From positions 96,001 through 160,000 of the forward strand of contig CAWJJC010000010.1 of NCBI GenBank assembly GCA_963843145.1: 64,000 nucleotides of DNA, read 5' to 3'. Of the stretch, positions 20,509 to 30,915 are shown piece by piece; positions within the stretch are counted from its first letter, which is position 1; each line of letters opens with the position of its first letter. The position numbers and the translations under genes were made by a program. The DNA is from an uncultured delta proteobacterium (GTDB taxonomy: Bacteria; Desulfobacterota; RBG-13-43-22). Below the pieces are notes generated by a model. That model searched no databases, had not been told where the DNA came from, and saw only the letters and a list, made by a program, of their open reading frames with translations.

Positions 20509-22638
20509 TCAATCCTTATAAAAAGTCTTATTGGCCTCGGCCATTTCTTTCAAAAGCTTGGCCGGCCGGAAGCGAAAACCGTATTGCTTCTCCAGGGCCA
20601 GCAGCTTTTCATAGACGTTTTTGACACCCCATTTATCGGCATAACGCAGGATCCCGCCCCGATAGGGTGGAAATCCGGTGCCGTAGATCATGGCCAGATC
20701 CATATCCCAGGGCCGATCACAGATCCCTTCCTCGATCATCAGGGCTGCCTCGTTGATGGCCTGGGCCAGCATCGTGTCCACGACTTCCTGATAGCTTATC
20801 TTCTTAGGGGAGACCGCATTTTCCTTCCAATACTGTTGAACCACTTCGGCGATTTTCGGGTTAGGGGTTACGGTCTTGCCCTGGTAAATGAAATAACCCG
20901 ACCCGGTTTTACGGCCATAGCAGCCGGTCTGATAAATCCGCTCCGTGAGAGGGTGAATTTTGTAGCGTTCACCCAGCCGCTGCTCAAAAGTTTTGTTGAC
21001 GTGGTAGTTGATATCGATCCCGGTCAGGTCGGCCAGGGTGGCCGGGCCCATGGGCATACCGAAATCCATCATCGCCTCTTCGATGATCCGGCCCTCTACC
21101 CCGTCGGCCACCAGGAACACGGACCCGCCCATCAGGCCGCCGAGCTGCCGGGAGACATAGAAACCCGGCCCGTCGTTGACCACGATAGGTATTTTCTTGA
21201 TATTCCGGCCGAAGGCCACACTGCTGGCCAGGGTCTGGTCCGAGGTCTGCTGGGCGCAGATGATTTCCAGAAGCTGCATCCGGTGGGCCGGGTTGAAGAA
21301 ATGCAGGCCGATCATCCGGCCGGGGTCCTTGAGGACCGAGGCCATTTCAGTGATCGGCAGGGCGCTGGTATTCGTCCCGAAAATGACCTCCGGACGGCAG
21401 ATCCCTTCCAGTTTCAACCAGATGTCCTGCTTGACCTTCATGTTCTCCAACACCGCCTCGATCACCAGGTCCACGTCCTTCAAATCCTCCAGGGCGGTGG
21501 TGGTGGTCAGCCGGGCCTGAATCATTTTTTCCAGGTCGGCCGGGATCAGCTTCTTCTTCTTGATCGGGTAGTCGAAAGTTTTCCGGATAGCGGCCACCCC
21601 CTTCTCGAGAGCGCTGTCGTTGATATCCCAGAGGACCGCTTCGAAGCCGTTGGCCAGCAGGAGGTTGACGATTCCGGACCCCATGACCCCGCCGCCCAGC
21701 ATGGCCACTTTTTTGATTTTGGCCGGCTCCAGGCCCTTGATCCGGGGCAGCCGCCCGGCCGCCCGGGTGTTCAGGAAGATGCCGATCAGGTTCTTGCACA
21801 CATCGGTTAAGGCGCATTCGCTGAAGAGCTCCACTTCACGTTCGATATCCGCCTCGATGTCGAAGCCCAACCCCTTTTCCACGGCCTCGATGGCTTTGAA
21901 GGGCGCGATATATCCCTTGGCCTTGTTCATAGTCATCATTTTGACGTAATTCAGGAAGGGCTTTTTCTCCGCGGCGCTGGGCAACCGGTCGATCTTGTTC
22001 CGGGTCCGGCGCAGGTCCAGCCGGGGCCGCCCGGAGAGAAACCGTCCGGCCGCCTTTAAGGCGGCCTCGATCAGCTTTTCCGCAGGGACGACTTCATCCA
22101 CCAGACCCCGCTGCAGGGCCTTTTCGGCCTTGATCGGAGCGCCGGTGGTGATCATCTCGATGGCGTTGGGCAGGCCGATCAGTCGGGGCAGCCGCTGGGT
22201 ACCGCCGGCTCCCGGAATCAGGCCGATTTGGACCTCGGGCTGACCCAGGTTGACCCCCGGCGTGGCCACCCGGTAATGGCAGGCCATGGCCGTCTCCAAC
22301 CCTCCGCCCAGGCAGTTCCCGTTAATGGCGGCGATGACCGGCTTGGGGGCCATCTCGATCCAGTTCAGGAAGCGGGCCGCCTCCAGGGCCGGGCCAAAAA
22401 TATCTTCCCTCTTTTTAACCAGTTGCAGCCGGGTGATATCCGCTCCGGCAATGAAATTCTTTCCGGTGCCGGTCAGGACGATGGCCTTGACGTCCCCATC
22501 CTGCATGGCCTCACGGATGGCCGCCCCGAAGTCCTGCATCAATTGAGGCGACATCTGGTTCACCGGGGGGTTGTCTAGTGTTAGAATCGCCACCCCGTCT
22601 TGCAGTGTCACTTTTACAGTTTGGTAGTCTGTTTTCAT
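20509..22638 (-). CDS. fadB: multifunctional enoyl-CoA hydratase / 3-hydroxyacyl-CoA dehydrogenase (FadB/FadJ-like)
   Basis: Crotonase motifs FIAGAD, LGGGLE and PEVQIGLIPGAGGTQRLPRLIG, followed by GGGVMGSG, NTSAL, GLHFFNP and GTGFPPYRGG. Confidence 0.93.
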   Translation of the reverse strand: MKTDYQTVKVTLQDGVAILTLDNPPVNQMSPQLMQDFGAAIREAMQDGDVKAIVLTGTGKNFIAGADITRLQLVKKREDIFGPALEAARFLNWIEMAPKPVIAAINGNCLGGGLETAMACHYRVATPGVNLGQPEVQIGLIPGAGGTQRLPRLIGLPNAIEMITTGAPIKAEKALQRGLVDEVVPAEKLIEAALKAAGRFLSGRPRLDLRRTRNKIDRLPSAAEKKPFLNYVKMMTMNKAKGYIAPFKAIEAVEKGLGFDIEADIEREVELFSECALTDVCKNLIGIFLNTRAAGRLPRIKGLEPAKIKKVAMLGGGVMGSGIVNLLLANGFEAVLWDINDSALEKGVAAIRKTFDYPIKKKKLIPADLEKMIQARLTTTTALEDLKDVDLVIEAVLENMKVKQDIWLKLEGICRPEVIFGTNTSALPITEMASVLKDPGRMIGLHFFNPAHRMQLLEIICAQQTSDQTLASSVAFGRNIKKIPIVVNDGPGFYVSRQLGGLMGGSVFLVADGVEGRIIEEAMMDFGMPMGPATLADLTGIDINYHVNKTFEQRLGERYKIHPLTERIYQTGCYGRKTGSGYFIYQGKTVTPNPKIAEVVQQYWKENAVSPKKISYQEVVDTMLAQAINEAALMIEEGICDRPWDMDLAMIYGTGFPPYRGGILRYADKWGVKNVYEKLLALEKQYGFRFRPAKLLKEMAEANKTFYKD

Positions 22639-22671
22639 AAGCGATAACTCCAATGTGATTTGGTGGATGTT

Positions 22672-22911
22672 TAAATTCGAAATCCGAAATCCGAAATCCG
22701 AAACAAATTCAAATTTTCAAAATTCGAATGACCAAAAGATCTCCCCCTCCCTTGACGGGAGGGGGTTGGGGGGTGGGTGAGTTTCTGAACCACCGCCTTA
22801 TCCTTTTCGTTTCCTTGTCACCCCTACCCCGTCAGGGGAGAAAAAACGTTTCAAATTTTTTTATTCGGTCATTTGAATTTGTTTCGGATTTCGGATTTCG
22901 AGTTTCGGATT
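22672..22911. repeat. AAATCCG/TTCGGAT heptamer element, copy 2, with a nested GC-rich hairpin repeat
   Basis: Arms at 22672-22737 and about 22849-22911 enclose ccctcccttgacgggagggggttgggggtgggtga...cacccctaccccgtcaggggaga. Confidence 0.8.
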
Positions 22912-24576
22912 TATTTTTTTATTTTGGCTTCTTCTTCAGCCCGCAGGACCTTCCGCAGGATCTTCCCGACTGCCGATTTGGGCAGGCCCTCCCGGAATTC
23001 CACCTGTTTGGGCACCTTGTAGGCGGCCAAATGCTCTTTACAGAAACCGACGATCTCTTCGGGTGTGGCTGTTACTCCCTCCTTCAAGACCACATAGGCC
23101 TTGACTGTCTCCCCCCGGTACTGATCGGCCAAGCCTACACAAACGGCCTCCTGGATCTTGGGGTGCTGGAAGAGCACTTCATCGATCTCCCGGGGATAGA
23201 TATTGAAGCCCCCGGCGATGATCATGTCTTTCTTGCGGTCCACGATGTACAGGTAGTCATCCTCGTCCCAAACGGCGATGTCCCCCGTATGCAGCCAACC
23301 GTCCCGGAGCTGTCCCTGGGTTTCCTCCGGGTTGTTCCAGTAGCCCTGCATGACCAGAGGGCTTCGAATGAGGATTTCCCCCGGTTCTCCCCGGGGCACA
23401 TCCTCTCTTCCGTCGACCACGTCCACCAGCCTGACATCCGTATCCGGCCAGGGGATGCCGATACTGCCGGGTTTGCGTAGGCCAAACACCGGGTTGCTGA
23501 TGCCCAGGGAGGTGGTCTCGCTCATGCCCCAGCCCTCGGAATACGAAATGCCCAGGTCCTTGACCTGCTCGATCAATTCCAGGGGCATGGGGGCGGCCCC
23601 GGAGTTGAGCATCTTGATCTTTCGGTCCAGGTTCAGCTCCTCCGCCTTGGGATGCTTGAGCAGGGCGTTGATCAGGGTGGGCACAGCCGGAAAAAAAGTG
23701 ATTTCCTTGAACCCGGCCAAGCAGGCCCATAAATTCTTCGATTTCAAAGCGGGGGACCAGGTACTGGGTGGCGCCGTTGATGATGGCCCAACCCTGGCAG
23801 ACGATCGTCCCGTAGACATGGAAATAAGGCAACACGGCGAGGACCGACCGCCGCTCCGGCGGAACCAATCCGGTGGTCATTTTGCCCCAGACGGCCACCT
23901 GGACCGTGGCGGCCACGATATTCCCGTGGGTCAGGACAGCCCCCTTGGGAATGCCGGTCGTCCCGCCGGTGAATTGGATCAGGGCCGGATCTTCGGGCAG
24001 GATGGCTACCCGCGGCACCCGGGTTTGGGTGCAGTTTTCAATCAACTGCGAGAAATGGTGCCAGCCTGCCGGCAGGCCCAATTCGGCCGGCGTGCTCTGA
24101 GGCATCCCCTGGATATAGTCCGTGACCCGGGTCACGACCACCCGCGTAATAGGAACCGCCTCGGTGACCAAGACGATATTGGGCAGAACCATATCGAAGG
24201 TGAATAGCGTGGAAAGGCCCGTGTCAGTCACGATCCGCTTCAGTTCGTCCGGGGTATACATGGGGTTGAGATTGACGCCGACGGCCCCCAGGGAAAGCAC
24301 GGCATGATAGGCGATCACGTATTGCGGGCAAGTGGGCAGATGGAGCCCCACCCGGTCCCCTTTCCGGACGCCCAGTTCCCCCAGGGCATTAGCCAGTCGC
24401 AACACCTGCCGACGCAGGTCGTAGTAGGAAATCTCGCTGCCGTAGAAATGCGTGGCCGCCTTGTCCGGGAACCCGTTGGCCGTATAATGCAAAAAATCCT
24501 GGACCGGGATGCGGGGGTAACGCAGGGTAAGCGGGACTTCATAGTCGTAGTGGCGTTGCCAGGGTCTGGGTTCCAT
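22911..24576 (-). CDS. long-chain-fatty-acid--CoA ligase (FadD-like), frameshifted near 23720
   Basis: QFTGGTTGIPKGAVLTH in 23257..24576; EGWGMSET, WLHTGD and PKSAVGKILR in 22911..23819. Confidence 0.9.
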
Positions 24577-24593
24577 GAAAAGCCTTCCTCAAT

Positions 24594-25286
24594 TCAAATT
24601 GTTTTCTGGGATTTTTCGGAAGAAGGTCGTCTTCCGGTGGCCTTTTTCTTTTCCGCACCCAGGTTGACCTGAAACTGCCAGGCCTTTTCCTCCTCCGGGG
24701 CCTTGATCCCCCCGATGATCAGATCGGTTAAGGGATCCACCATGTCGATCAGGTTCTCCGGTTTTCCAAGAAGCACCTGCCTGATAACCAGATGTTCAAT
24801 GGCTCCCAGGATGGTCGACCGCACCAGATAGGGATTGATGTCGGACTTGAATTCACCCTTGGCTATTCCTTCTTTGATTATCCGAATCATAATCCGGGAA
24901 AGTTCCTGGACATCCTGATAAGCCTGCATCTCCAAAAATTTCCGGTTCTGTTTGAGAATCAGCATGGCCACGGAGGCATAATCCGGGTTATTCTGGTAAA
25001 AATATAGATGGTGATATACGAAGGCTCTGACCTTGTCCGCCGTCCCCCGGATAAACTGAAGGATGTACTCCAGATTTTCTCTTCCCCGGCGGGCTGTTTC
25101 CCCGGGGAGAGAAAAAAGAAGTTCCTCTTTGGAGGGGAAATATTCGTAGATAGTGGCGTCCGAGACCTTGGCCTCCCGGGCCACGTCCGAGATGGTAGCC
25201 TCCTGGTATCCTTTCTGCGCAAAGGTCCGCTCGGCCGCCAGCAAAATCTGCTCTTTTCGGGTCTGCATTTTTTTTTGAATAGCCAA
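24594..25286 (-). CDS. TetR/AcrR family regulator (FadR/YsiA-like)
   Basis: FAQKGYQEATISDVAREAKVSDATIYEYFPSKEELL and IKEGIAKGEF. Confidence 0.9.
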   Translation of the reverse strand: MAIQKKMQTRKEQILLAAERTFAQKGYQEATISDVAREAKVSDATIYEYFPSKEELLFSLPGETARRGRENLEYILQFIRGTADKVRAFVYHHLYFYQNNPDYASVAMLILKQNRKFLEMQAYQDVQELSRIMIRIIKEGIAKGEFKSDINPYLVRSTILGAIEHLVIRQVLLGKPENLIDMVDPLTDLIIGGIKAPEEEKAWQFQVNLGAEKKKATGRRPSSEKSQKTI

Positions 25287-25304
25287 GACTTTTCTCCTTT
25301 TCGG

Positions 25305-26633
25305 TCAACTGACCCGAAAAAAAGTTTCATCGAATTCGGGCCGCCCCTGATAACGCTGCAGGAAGAATCCCGGCAGTTGATCGAAGTTTTCAAAAAGCCC
25401 GGGATTGGCCTCGATACCCGCCTGATGGAGTGCCTTGACCAGGTCATCCATTTTGGGAGGACAGCCCTTGATGGCGATCATTTCTTGTATATTCGGGTCA
25501 TTTTTATTGGCCTCGTAAATGCACTGGCCGACCAAGATAGTTTTTTTCTTCCCCGGCGTGGGCTTCATCATCTTACCGGTCAAGACCTCCACCTCGTCCC
25601 AGGGTTGGCCTTTCCAGGCGTGACGGATAGCGGTCAACATCAGCCCGTTGATCCCGGAACAGTAGGTGCACATGGACAAGTCGTATTTATGGTACGTCAA
25701 GCCCTTGAGGCCCTCTTTGGCCAGGGGGACCGGTAGGGTCCCGCTTTCATTCGACACGTAAGCAAAATCGTATTCGTGGCGGGAGGCGACCCCTTCCAGG
25801 GGCTCCCCGACCAAATCAATGTCCGAGAGATCCAGGGGCCGGCCCTGGTTTCGGGCGGCGTGGACCAGATGGGGAACCTCGGCCGGTTCGTATCCCAAAA
25901 CCCTGGCCCCCACCAGATCGGCGGTCAGCAGATCGGCCGAGGCGACCAGGATATTGCTGCGGCGAATCTTGCCGTCGAAACTGGGTCCCCGCTCGTTGGT
26001 ATAGATCCCGTCCAACAGAGCAAAGACCGGGGGGAGCTTCTCCGGAAGCCGGGCGATCATATAATTGAGATCTTTTTCCGGATCGGCGCTGTGGCACTTC
26101 TTCCGGGAAGGAATATTGAGAACTCCCTTCAAATTCTTGATGCCCAGGCTGACCACGGCCTGATTGTGGGTCTTGAGCACAGGCACATCCACGATAAAAT
26201 CGCTGTCCAGGAAATCGGCGCTGAATTGCAGCACGATCCCTTCCCCCAGATCGACTTTCTTAAAGTGCCCCTCGAAGACATTGAGGCACTTCACCCCGTA
26301 GCGTTTTTCCAGCGCCCGATAGCCCAGGGTCTCGAAGGCGTGGGCCGGGGTTTCCGTGTCTTTGGGGTTCATGGTAACCGTGCCTTCGCCAATGGTGATG
26401 TCGTCAATCCCCCTTTCCTTGAGCAGGATCACCAGATCCTCCACCACCCTTGAAGTGGTAATGACCCCCCACTTGGGGAAAGGCACCACTCGGGTCCAGA
26501 AGACAATATTAGGTTTGATAAAGACCCTGGCCCGAGCGGGAAGCCGGTCCAGTCCCCGGGAAAGAGCAACGGCCCTTCTCACCGATTCTCCGGGAGTTTC
26601 ATATCGGACAATAGCAGCGGTAAAGCGATTCAT
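25305..26633 (-). CDS. DUF362 domain Fe-S protein, paralog 2
   Basis: Highly similar along its length to 17638..18960 (FIKPNIVFWTR, KTHNQAVVSLGIKNLKG, MCTYCSG, GQC, KGCPP). Confidence 0.85.
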   Translation of the reverse strand: MNRFTAAIVRYETPGESVRRAVALSRGLDRLPARARVFIKPNIVFWTRVVPFPKWGVITTSRVVEDLVILLKERGIDDITIGEGTVTMNPKDTETPAHAFETLGYRALEKRYGVKCLNVFEGHFKKVDLGEGIVLQFSADFLDSDFIVDVPVLKTHNQAVVSLGIKNLKGVLNIPSRKKCHSADPEKDLNYMIARLPEKLPPVFALLDGIYTNERGPSFDGKIRRSNILVASADLLTADLVGARVLGYEPAEVPHLVHAARNQGRPLDLSDIDLVGEPLEGVASRHEYDFAYVSNESGTLPVPLAKEGLKGLTYHKYDLSMCTYCSGINGLMLTAIRHAWKGQPWDEVEVLTGKMMKPTPGKKKTILVGQCIYEANKNDPNIQEMIAIKGCPPKMDDLVKALHQAGIEANPGLFENFDQLPGFFLQRYQGRPEFDETFFRVS

Positions 26634-26759
26634 GGTTTTTCTCCCCCCTTTTTGATGGTCCACTCTGGCTCATGCCCCGGAGGATCCGGGGTTGAGGAAA
26701 GGCCAGCGTTGAATCGGTTTTGCTCTCCGGGAACAGATCCGATTAGTAGAGACTCAGTT

Positions 26760-26950
26760 TGATTTAGTTCTATTTTTTTTAGAAGAGGCTTTTTATTTTT
26801 CTATTTTTGAAAAAGTGTATAGAAAAAGTCAAGAAAAAAAATAGTTACTATAAAGTAAATTGATAAATAATACTTGACTTTTAAAAAAGGGGTTGATAAA
26901 TAATTCAGGATTGATGAATATCATTCGCATCCTGTAATGTAATAAAATGC
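26760..26950. promoter_or_regulatory. AT-rich divergent promoter region with TTGATAAATAAT direct repeats
   Basis: Lies between divergent operons. TTGACT on + (26874) and on - (26827-26832); TTGATAAATAAT at 26860 and 26893, with the variant TTGATGAATATC at 26911. Confidence 0.6.
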
Positions 26951-27160
26951 CTTTTTCGTTCCAGACCATCTTGAATCAGTTGTTATCGCTCCCGACATGG
27001 GAGTTAAAAGGAAATATCTTTTCAACCTTAACTAACTGGCTTTAAGCATGACCATGGGTAAAGGTGTCCCCCCAACCGCATTTCATTTCCTCAGGTTGTT
27101 TTGGTGTATTCCCTGCCATTTCTGTCCCATAATCCCAATCATCAAAAGGAGGAGGAACGT

Positions 27161-28480
27161 ATGATGAAGAAACGAACAGTTGGATGGACTTTTTTTCTGG
27201 TCGTCAGTTTGGTCGTACTGGCGCTATCCTTCACGGTGGAGGCCAGGACCATTAAGATCGGGGTCATCGGCCCGATGAATTTCGTCCAGGGCAAGGGCCA
27301 CTGGAACGGGGCCCTCATGGCGGCCGATGAGATCAATGCCAAGGGCGGCGTGCAGGTAGGCAAGGAGAAGATGAAAATCGAACTGGTCAAGGCCGATTCC
27401 AACGAATTCTTGAATGTGACCGATGCCACCAATGCCATGGAGCGCTTGCTCACCAGCGACAAGGTGGATTTCGTGGTCGGTGGTTTCCGGACTGAAGCCG
27501 TGCTGGCCATGCAGGATATTGTCGCCGATTATAAAAAAATATTCATCGGCTGCGGCGCCGCCCACCCGGAACTCTGCACCCGGGTAGCCAAGGACTATAA
27601 AAGGTATAAATATTTCTTCCGGGGCACGCCCTTCAATTCCTCTTTTCTGGGACGGACCTGTTTTATCCAGATGGCCACGGTCGGGGCTATCCTGAAAAAA
27701 ACCCTGAACTTGCCCAAGATCAAGGTCGCCGTGGTGGCGGAAAAAGCCGTCTGGGTGGACCCCATGGTGGAAGCCGCCAAAGCCCAGATCCCCAAGATGG
27801 GCATGGAGCTGGTCGGCGTCTGGCAGCCCTCGCAGACGGCCACCGACGTAACGGCCGAACTCACGGCCATTCAGAAATCCGGTGCGCAATTGATCTTCAC
27901 CGCTTTTTCGGCTTCGGTGGGCATCACCTTTGCCCGACAGGCCGGCGAGTTGAAAATACCGGCCGTCCAGGTGGGCATCAATGTGGAAGCCCAGAAAGAC
28001 GGATTCTGGGAAGCCACCAAGGGCATGGGAAATTATGTCACCACCCTGGACACCTATATAATGAGCGTGGAATATAACGAGCTGACCCGGCCTTTTTTGG
28101 ATACCTATCATAAGAAATTTAATGAGGTGCCCACCTACACGGCCGACACCTATGCGGCCATCGTCCATGGGCTGGTCCCGTCCATCGAAGCCGTGGGATC
28201 TCTGGATACAGACAAAATCATCGCCAGTCTGGAGAACCGGGAGTACCTGGTACCCGCTGGGAAAGTGAAGTACATGAAAGACGCTGAGGGTAAACCGCTC
28301 CACGACTTGACCTGGGGACCGGGGTACCTGACCAGTCTGGGGGTCCAGTGGCAGGACGGCAAACAGGCCGGAATCTGGCCCAATAAGTGGAAGGCGGCCG
28401 AAGGCGCCCCGGAAGTTACCTACAAGGGTATCGTAGCTTACAAGATTCCACCCTGGATGATTCAGAAGTATAAAAAATAA
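27161..28480 (+). CDS. LIV-family ABC transporter periplasmic substrate-binding protein
   Basis: AGGAGG RBS, signal peptide, IKIGVIGP, ADEINAKGG and DFVVGGFRTE. Confidence 0.9.
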   Translation: MMKKRTVGWTFFLVVSLVVLALSFTVEARTIKIGVIGPMNFVQGKGHWNGALMAADEINAKGGVQVGKEKMKIELVKADSNEFLNVTDATNAMERLLTSDKVDFVVGGFRTEAVLAMQDIVADYKKIFIGCGAAHPELCTRVAKDYKRYKYFFRGTPFNSSFLGRTCFIQMATVGAILKKTLNLPKIKVAVVAEKAVWVDPMVEAAKAQIPKMGMELVGVWQPSQTATDVTAELTAIQKSGAQLIFTAFSASVGITFARQAGELKIPAVQVGINVEAQKDGFWEATKGMGNYVTTLDTYIMSVEYNELTRPFLDTYHKKFNEVPTYTADTYAAIVHGLVPSIEAVGSLDTDKIIASLENREYLVPAGKVKYMKDAEGKPLHDLTWGPGYLTSLGVQWQDGKQAGIWPNKWKAAEGAPEVTYKGIVAYKIPPWMIQKYKK

Positions 28481-28628
28481 ATTTATCATTAGCCTCACGC
28501 TCCCTCGCCCTTGATCCCGCCTACGGCGGGAGAGGGGCTGGGGGGGGTGATGCCGTTTGGGATGATGATCGAGAATTCACCCATATCAAAATATGAATGG
28601 CCTCAACATAAGTACCAACATCGTAGAG

Positions 28629-28712
28629 CGTCATTCCCGCAGCGCTTCTGAGCGGGAAGCTAGGTTTTTCTCAGGAAACTCTGGATCCCCGATAAAGACA
28701 TTCGGGGATGAC
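28629..28712. repeat. GTCAT...ATGAC REP-like element
   Basis: cgtcattcccgcagcgcttctgagcgggaa...ccccgataaagacattcggggatgac; a diverged inverted copy lies at 61194-61258. Confidence 0.8.
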
Positions 28713-28800
28713 AAGAAATTAGATGTAAAAAGAACAAAGAGACAATTATTGAAGCAACCATACGCCCTTAACTGACCGGGTCTCCTAAGGAGAATATTTT

Positions 28801-29664
28801 TTGGACATCATCATCAGCGGCCTCATCAGCGGCAGCATGTACGCCCTGCTGGCTATCGGCTTTTCCCTGATCTTCGGGGTAGCCCGCATCGTCAACATCG
28901 CCCACACCGCCTTCTACATGGTGGCCTCCTACTGCATTTACTTCGTGGGACGCAAATTCGGCCTCAACCCCGTATTGTCCATGCTGACGGGAATACTGGT
29001 GGTTACCCTCTTCGGTCTGATCGCCTACAAACTGTTCATCGACCCCATTCGGGAACACGAGGCCGCCGTCTTGATCGCCACCATAGCCCTGGCCATCATT
29101 TTTCAGGAAGTCATGCTCCTGATATTCACCGGAGACTTCCTGAGTGTTTCGGCCCTGATCGGGGGATTCGTTAAAATTTTCGGCATCAAGGTTTTTTACC
29201 AACAGATCCTTACCTTTGTCGCCGTCATCGTGATGATGGCCGTCCTCTGGTTCCTGCTGATGAAGACCAAGCTGGGATTGGCCATCCGCTCCACCGCCGA
29301 AGACCGCGAAGTAGCCAACTTGATGGGCATGAATGAGAGCCGCCTGGCCTTGATCACGTTATGCATCTCAGTCGGATTGGCAGGGTTTACCGGGGCGGTG
29401 ATCGTCCCCTTGACGATTTTGAACCCCTATATGTGGATGGAGCCTTTAATCATGATGATGGCCGTGGTGGTCCTGGGCGGACTGGGCAGCATCAAAGGGA
29501 GCGTAGTGGCGGCCTATATCCTCGGGTTTGCAGAAGCTCTGGTGGTCTTCCTGATACCCAAAGGGGCCTTTCTGAAGGGTTCGGTCGCCCTATCCATTAT
29601 GATCCTGGTGCTGCTGATCCGGCCGGAAGGTCTGTTCGGGGTCGCCTTTGAGGAAGAGCGTTAA
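28801..29664 (+). CDS. livH: LIV-type ABC transporter permease
   Basis: GFSLIFGVARIVNIAH, GLAIRS, VLGGLGS and IRPEGLFG; TTG start with AAGGAG RBS. Confidence 0.92.
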   Translation: MDIIISGLISGSMYALLAIGFSLIFGVARIVNIAHTAFYMVASYCIYFVGRKFGLNPVLSMLTGILVVTLFGLIAYKLFIDPIREHEAAVLIATIALAIIFQEVMLLIFTGDFLSVSALIGGFVKIFGIKVFYQQILTFVAVIVMMAVLWFLLMKTKLGLAIRSTAEDREVANLMGMNESRLALITLCISVGLAGFTGAVIVPLTILNPYMWMEPLIMMMAVVVLGGLGSIKGSVVAAYILGFAEALVVFLIPKGAFLKGSVALSIMILVLLIRPEGLFGVAFEEER

Positions 29665-29666
29665 CC

Positions 29667-30707
29667 ATGGGTTCCCTGGCCTATTATCTAAAAAAACCGC
29701 TGACCATTGTCCGGACGGAAGTACTGGTGCTGCCCAGTCGGGTGGTGGTGGTCCTTTTCTTTCTGACCCTGCTGAGCCTGCCACTGCTCACCCATGATCC
29801 CTACCTGCTGCGCATCCTGATCTTGACCAGCATCTTTGCCATCCTGGCCTCAAGTTGGGACCTTCTTTCCGGCTTCACCGGCCAGATGAATTTCGGCCAT
29901 GCCCTGTTCTTCGGCGTGGGCGCCTACACCACCGCCCTCTTGAATATGCAGGCCCACATCCCCCCCTGGGGCAGCATTCCCCTGGGTGCGATAGCGGCCG
30001 TTCTGGCCGGGTTGGTCATTGGCATTCCCTGCCTCCGCTTAAGAGGAACCTACCTGGCTCTGACCACCCTGGCCTTTCCGATCATTTTGCTGGGCATCGT
30101 CACCGCCATCCCCAGCGTGACGGGGGGCGAATTGGGAATTTCCGGTATTTCGCGTCTCTCCGGCTCCCGGCTCAGCGACTACTACATTACGGTGGTACTC
30201 ATGCTCGGGTTATGCACCATCATGTGGAAGATCACCGATTCCAATACCGGTATTATTTTTCACGCCATCCGGGAGGATGAACTGGCTGTCCGGGCTTCGG
30301 GGATCAACACCACCCGCTATAAATTATTGGCCTTTTCGCTGAGTGGTTTTTTTGCCGGCATTTCCGGAGGGCTTTATGCCCACTTCATGCGCATCGCCGG
30401 CCCCTCCACCCTGGAGGTCTCCTTGTCGTTTACGGTGGTCATCTGGGCGGTTTTCGGAGGAATCGCCACCATCTACGGGCCCGTCGCGTCGGTTTTCATC
30501 TTGTTTCCCCTGCTGGAATTTTTTCGCTTCTGGCCCGAGTACCGGACCTTAATGTTCGCCATTATTATCCTTTTGATCCTGCTCTTCATGCCGGAGGGTC
30601 TGATCCACTGGGTCCGGGATAAAATTGAAAAGGAGTGCCCGCGGTGCAAGTTACGAAACGTGGCGACGCGCAAAACCTGCCGCGTCTGCACTGCACAATT
30701 AGATTGA
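29667..30707 (+). CDS. livM: LIV-type ABC transporter permease with C-terminal CxxC-x10-CxxC zinc ribbon
   Basis: SWDLLSGFTGQMNFGHA, RLRGTYLALTTL, AIREDELA and MPEGL, then the tail ECPRCKLRNVATRKTCRVC. Confidence 0.9.
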   Translation: MGSLAYYLKKPLTIVRTEVLVLPSRVVVVLFFLTLLSLPLLTHDPYLLRILILTSIFAILASSWDLLSGFTGQMNFGHALFFGVGAYTTALLNMQAHIPPWGSIPLGAIAAVLAGLVIGIPCLRLRGTYLALTTLAFPIILLGIVTAIPSVTGGELGISGISRLSGSRLSDYYITVVLMLGLCTIMWKITDSNTGIIFHAIREDELAVRASGINTTRYKLLAFSLSGFFAGISGGLYAHFMRIAGPSTLEVSLSFTVVIWAVFGGIATIYGPVASVFILFPLLEFFRFWPEYRTLMFAIIILLILLFMPEGLIHWVRDKIEKECPRCKLRNVATRKTCRVCTAQLD

Positions 30708-30710
30708 AGG

Positions 30711-30894
30711 TTTCACCGCCAAGGCGCAAAGGGCGCAAAGGTATATATTTTAATTCGATCAATAACCGATCGAATTAAATTGAAATCAGAGTCTTAGAAA
30801 CGTATTAGCCGCAGGCCAAAGGCTTTTAAATTGGCCGCCCTCACGGCGGCCAATTTAAAAAATCTTTGCGGCCTTGGCGCCTTGGCGGCGAAAA
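30711..30894. repeat. CGCAAAG/CTTTGCG inverted-repeat element with two internal hairpins
   Basis: tttcaccgccaaggcgcaaagggcgcaaag...ctttgcggccttggcgccttggcggcgaaa. Inner hairpins are tttaattcgatc..gatcgaattaaa and ttttaaattggccgcc..ggcggccaatttaaaa. Confidence 0.8.
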
Positions 30895-30915
30895 TTTTAC
30901 TCTAAGGAATTGGAT

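Noticed and set aside
22672-22911. CRISPR array in the repeat-rich intergenic regions
   Set aside because: Units are 7-9 nt with no constant repeat and unique spacer pattern, and there are no cas genes.
26908-26927. Bacillus-type FadR box
   Set aside because: The spacing is one base short and the outer arms mismatch; kept only as an unnamed candidate operator.
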